Source of the DNA: Octopus bimaculoides
Lineage: Eukaryota
DNA length: 64,000 bases
Direction: 5' to 3'
Assembly: GCF_001194135.2 (NCBI RefSeq)
Contig: NC_068983.1
Location: 114,809,438 to 114,873,437, forward strand
The notes beneath the pieces are model-generated. The model saw only the letters and a program-made list of their open reading frames with translations, did not search any database and had not been told where the DNA came from. The translations under genes and the position numbers were made by a program. Shown in pieces: positions 63,190 to 64,000 of the stretch (position 1 is its first letter; each line of letters begins with the position of its first letter).

Positions 63190-63990
63190 TTGTGAAGGAG
63201 AACCAATCAGATGAAGATGGCTATCTCTGTAAAAGAAGATAAGCAGAGGATGGAGGATTCCAAACCTTGGTTAGACAGTACAATACTGACAACAAATGGA
63301 TAGTTCCCTATTGCCTACTCCTAACCATGACATTTAATAATTTTGAGAATGTTAATCCACTAAAGTTCACCAAATATATCTGCAAATACGTCATCAAGAG
63401 AGCTTACACTGCAATGTTTACTCTGATGAAGCAAAACAGTTGTGATGGAGTAAGACAATTTCAACTGGATCAATGTATCAACAGCAATGAAGCTCTCTGA
63501 CGCTTTTTTGCCTTTCCCATTCATGAAGATACTTCAGCATTCAAGAACTTGCGGAAATGACCAGTGGGTTTACTTCATTCAAGCAATTGTTGCACAACAA
63601 GCACAAAGTTTAATACAACAGTTGCAGTCTTTGTCAACTTGTACCAGTATGATCTCTTTGCAAAAAAAATATTGGTGTACCACCAGGTTCCACCTTAGTT
63701 CATATGGAACCACAAACAATGGAGACAAAGAAAGTAAGCTATCCTTATTGTAAGCCAACCTAACATAAATTTTGACAGTGCCTTTAGAGTAAAAAGTACA
63801 GTGTACATGCCAGTCAACATAAATGCTCCTTTCTTTAACGTCTCCATAAAGTGTGAGATTCAAGTTCATCTCAAGCTCTTTGGACAGTAAATGAAGTTAG
63901 CACCAATTCTATGTCAGTAGACATATACGAGTGCATTGAAAATGTATCTGACTTTATTTTTCTCCACCAAAATTAATGCCACATGGGAAA
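63190..63990 (+). mobile_element. Decayed Helitron Rep-helicase fragment
   Basis: DEDGY..KRR..EDGG, DNKWIVPY, KYICKYVIK, DGVRQFQLDQCINSNEAL.RFFAFPIHE and YSVH...WTVN match the Helitron Rep/linker region. Many frameshifts. Confidence 0.85.
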
Positions 63991-64000
63991 AATCCTTTGG

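Noticed and set aside
55241-64000. Upstream PUDP exons (DxD motif, TExxY...MPG)
   Set aside because: Not found by eye. The donor-like cttacc sites seen (e.g. 62931) belong to repeats.

Overview
AT-rich animal genomic DNA with 14 N-gaps, very dense in microsatellites, SINEs and decayed transposons. The SINE families look to me like those of Octopus; this is an inference from memory and is not verified. One host gene is supported: a pseudouridine-5'-phosphatase (PUDP/HDHD1, HAD family) on the minus strand. It shows an internal exon at 55008-55240 and the terminal coding exon at 3483-3674, joined in phase 0 across a ~51.3-kb intron. Earlier exons were not found in the window. The intron and flanks hold tRNA-headed SINEs (my labels A, B, C), many RTE-LINE 3' tails, RTE, R4/Dong-like, Penelope-like, Gypsy-like and Helitron remnants, TTAA- and hAT-type MITEs, and several long fold-back palindromes. 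The most interesting observations are: (1) an unclassified ~1.6-kb insertion with a 15-bp TSD, promoter-like 5' end, GT-AG mini-intron and an orphan ORF, nested in a SINE nested in a MITE; (2) a Penelope-like remnant whose inverted terminal repeats carry hammerhead-like motifs with a U3-A8 core and a compensatory stem change; (3) a PHD-type zinc finger inside an RTE reverse transcriptase; (4) a nested 24/120/240-bp minisatellite derived from an RTE 3' UTR motif; (5) a twin-priming-like 5'-inverted RTE; (6) a Gypsy fragment fused to an RTE tail. No database searches were run, so novelty is unverified throughout.
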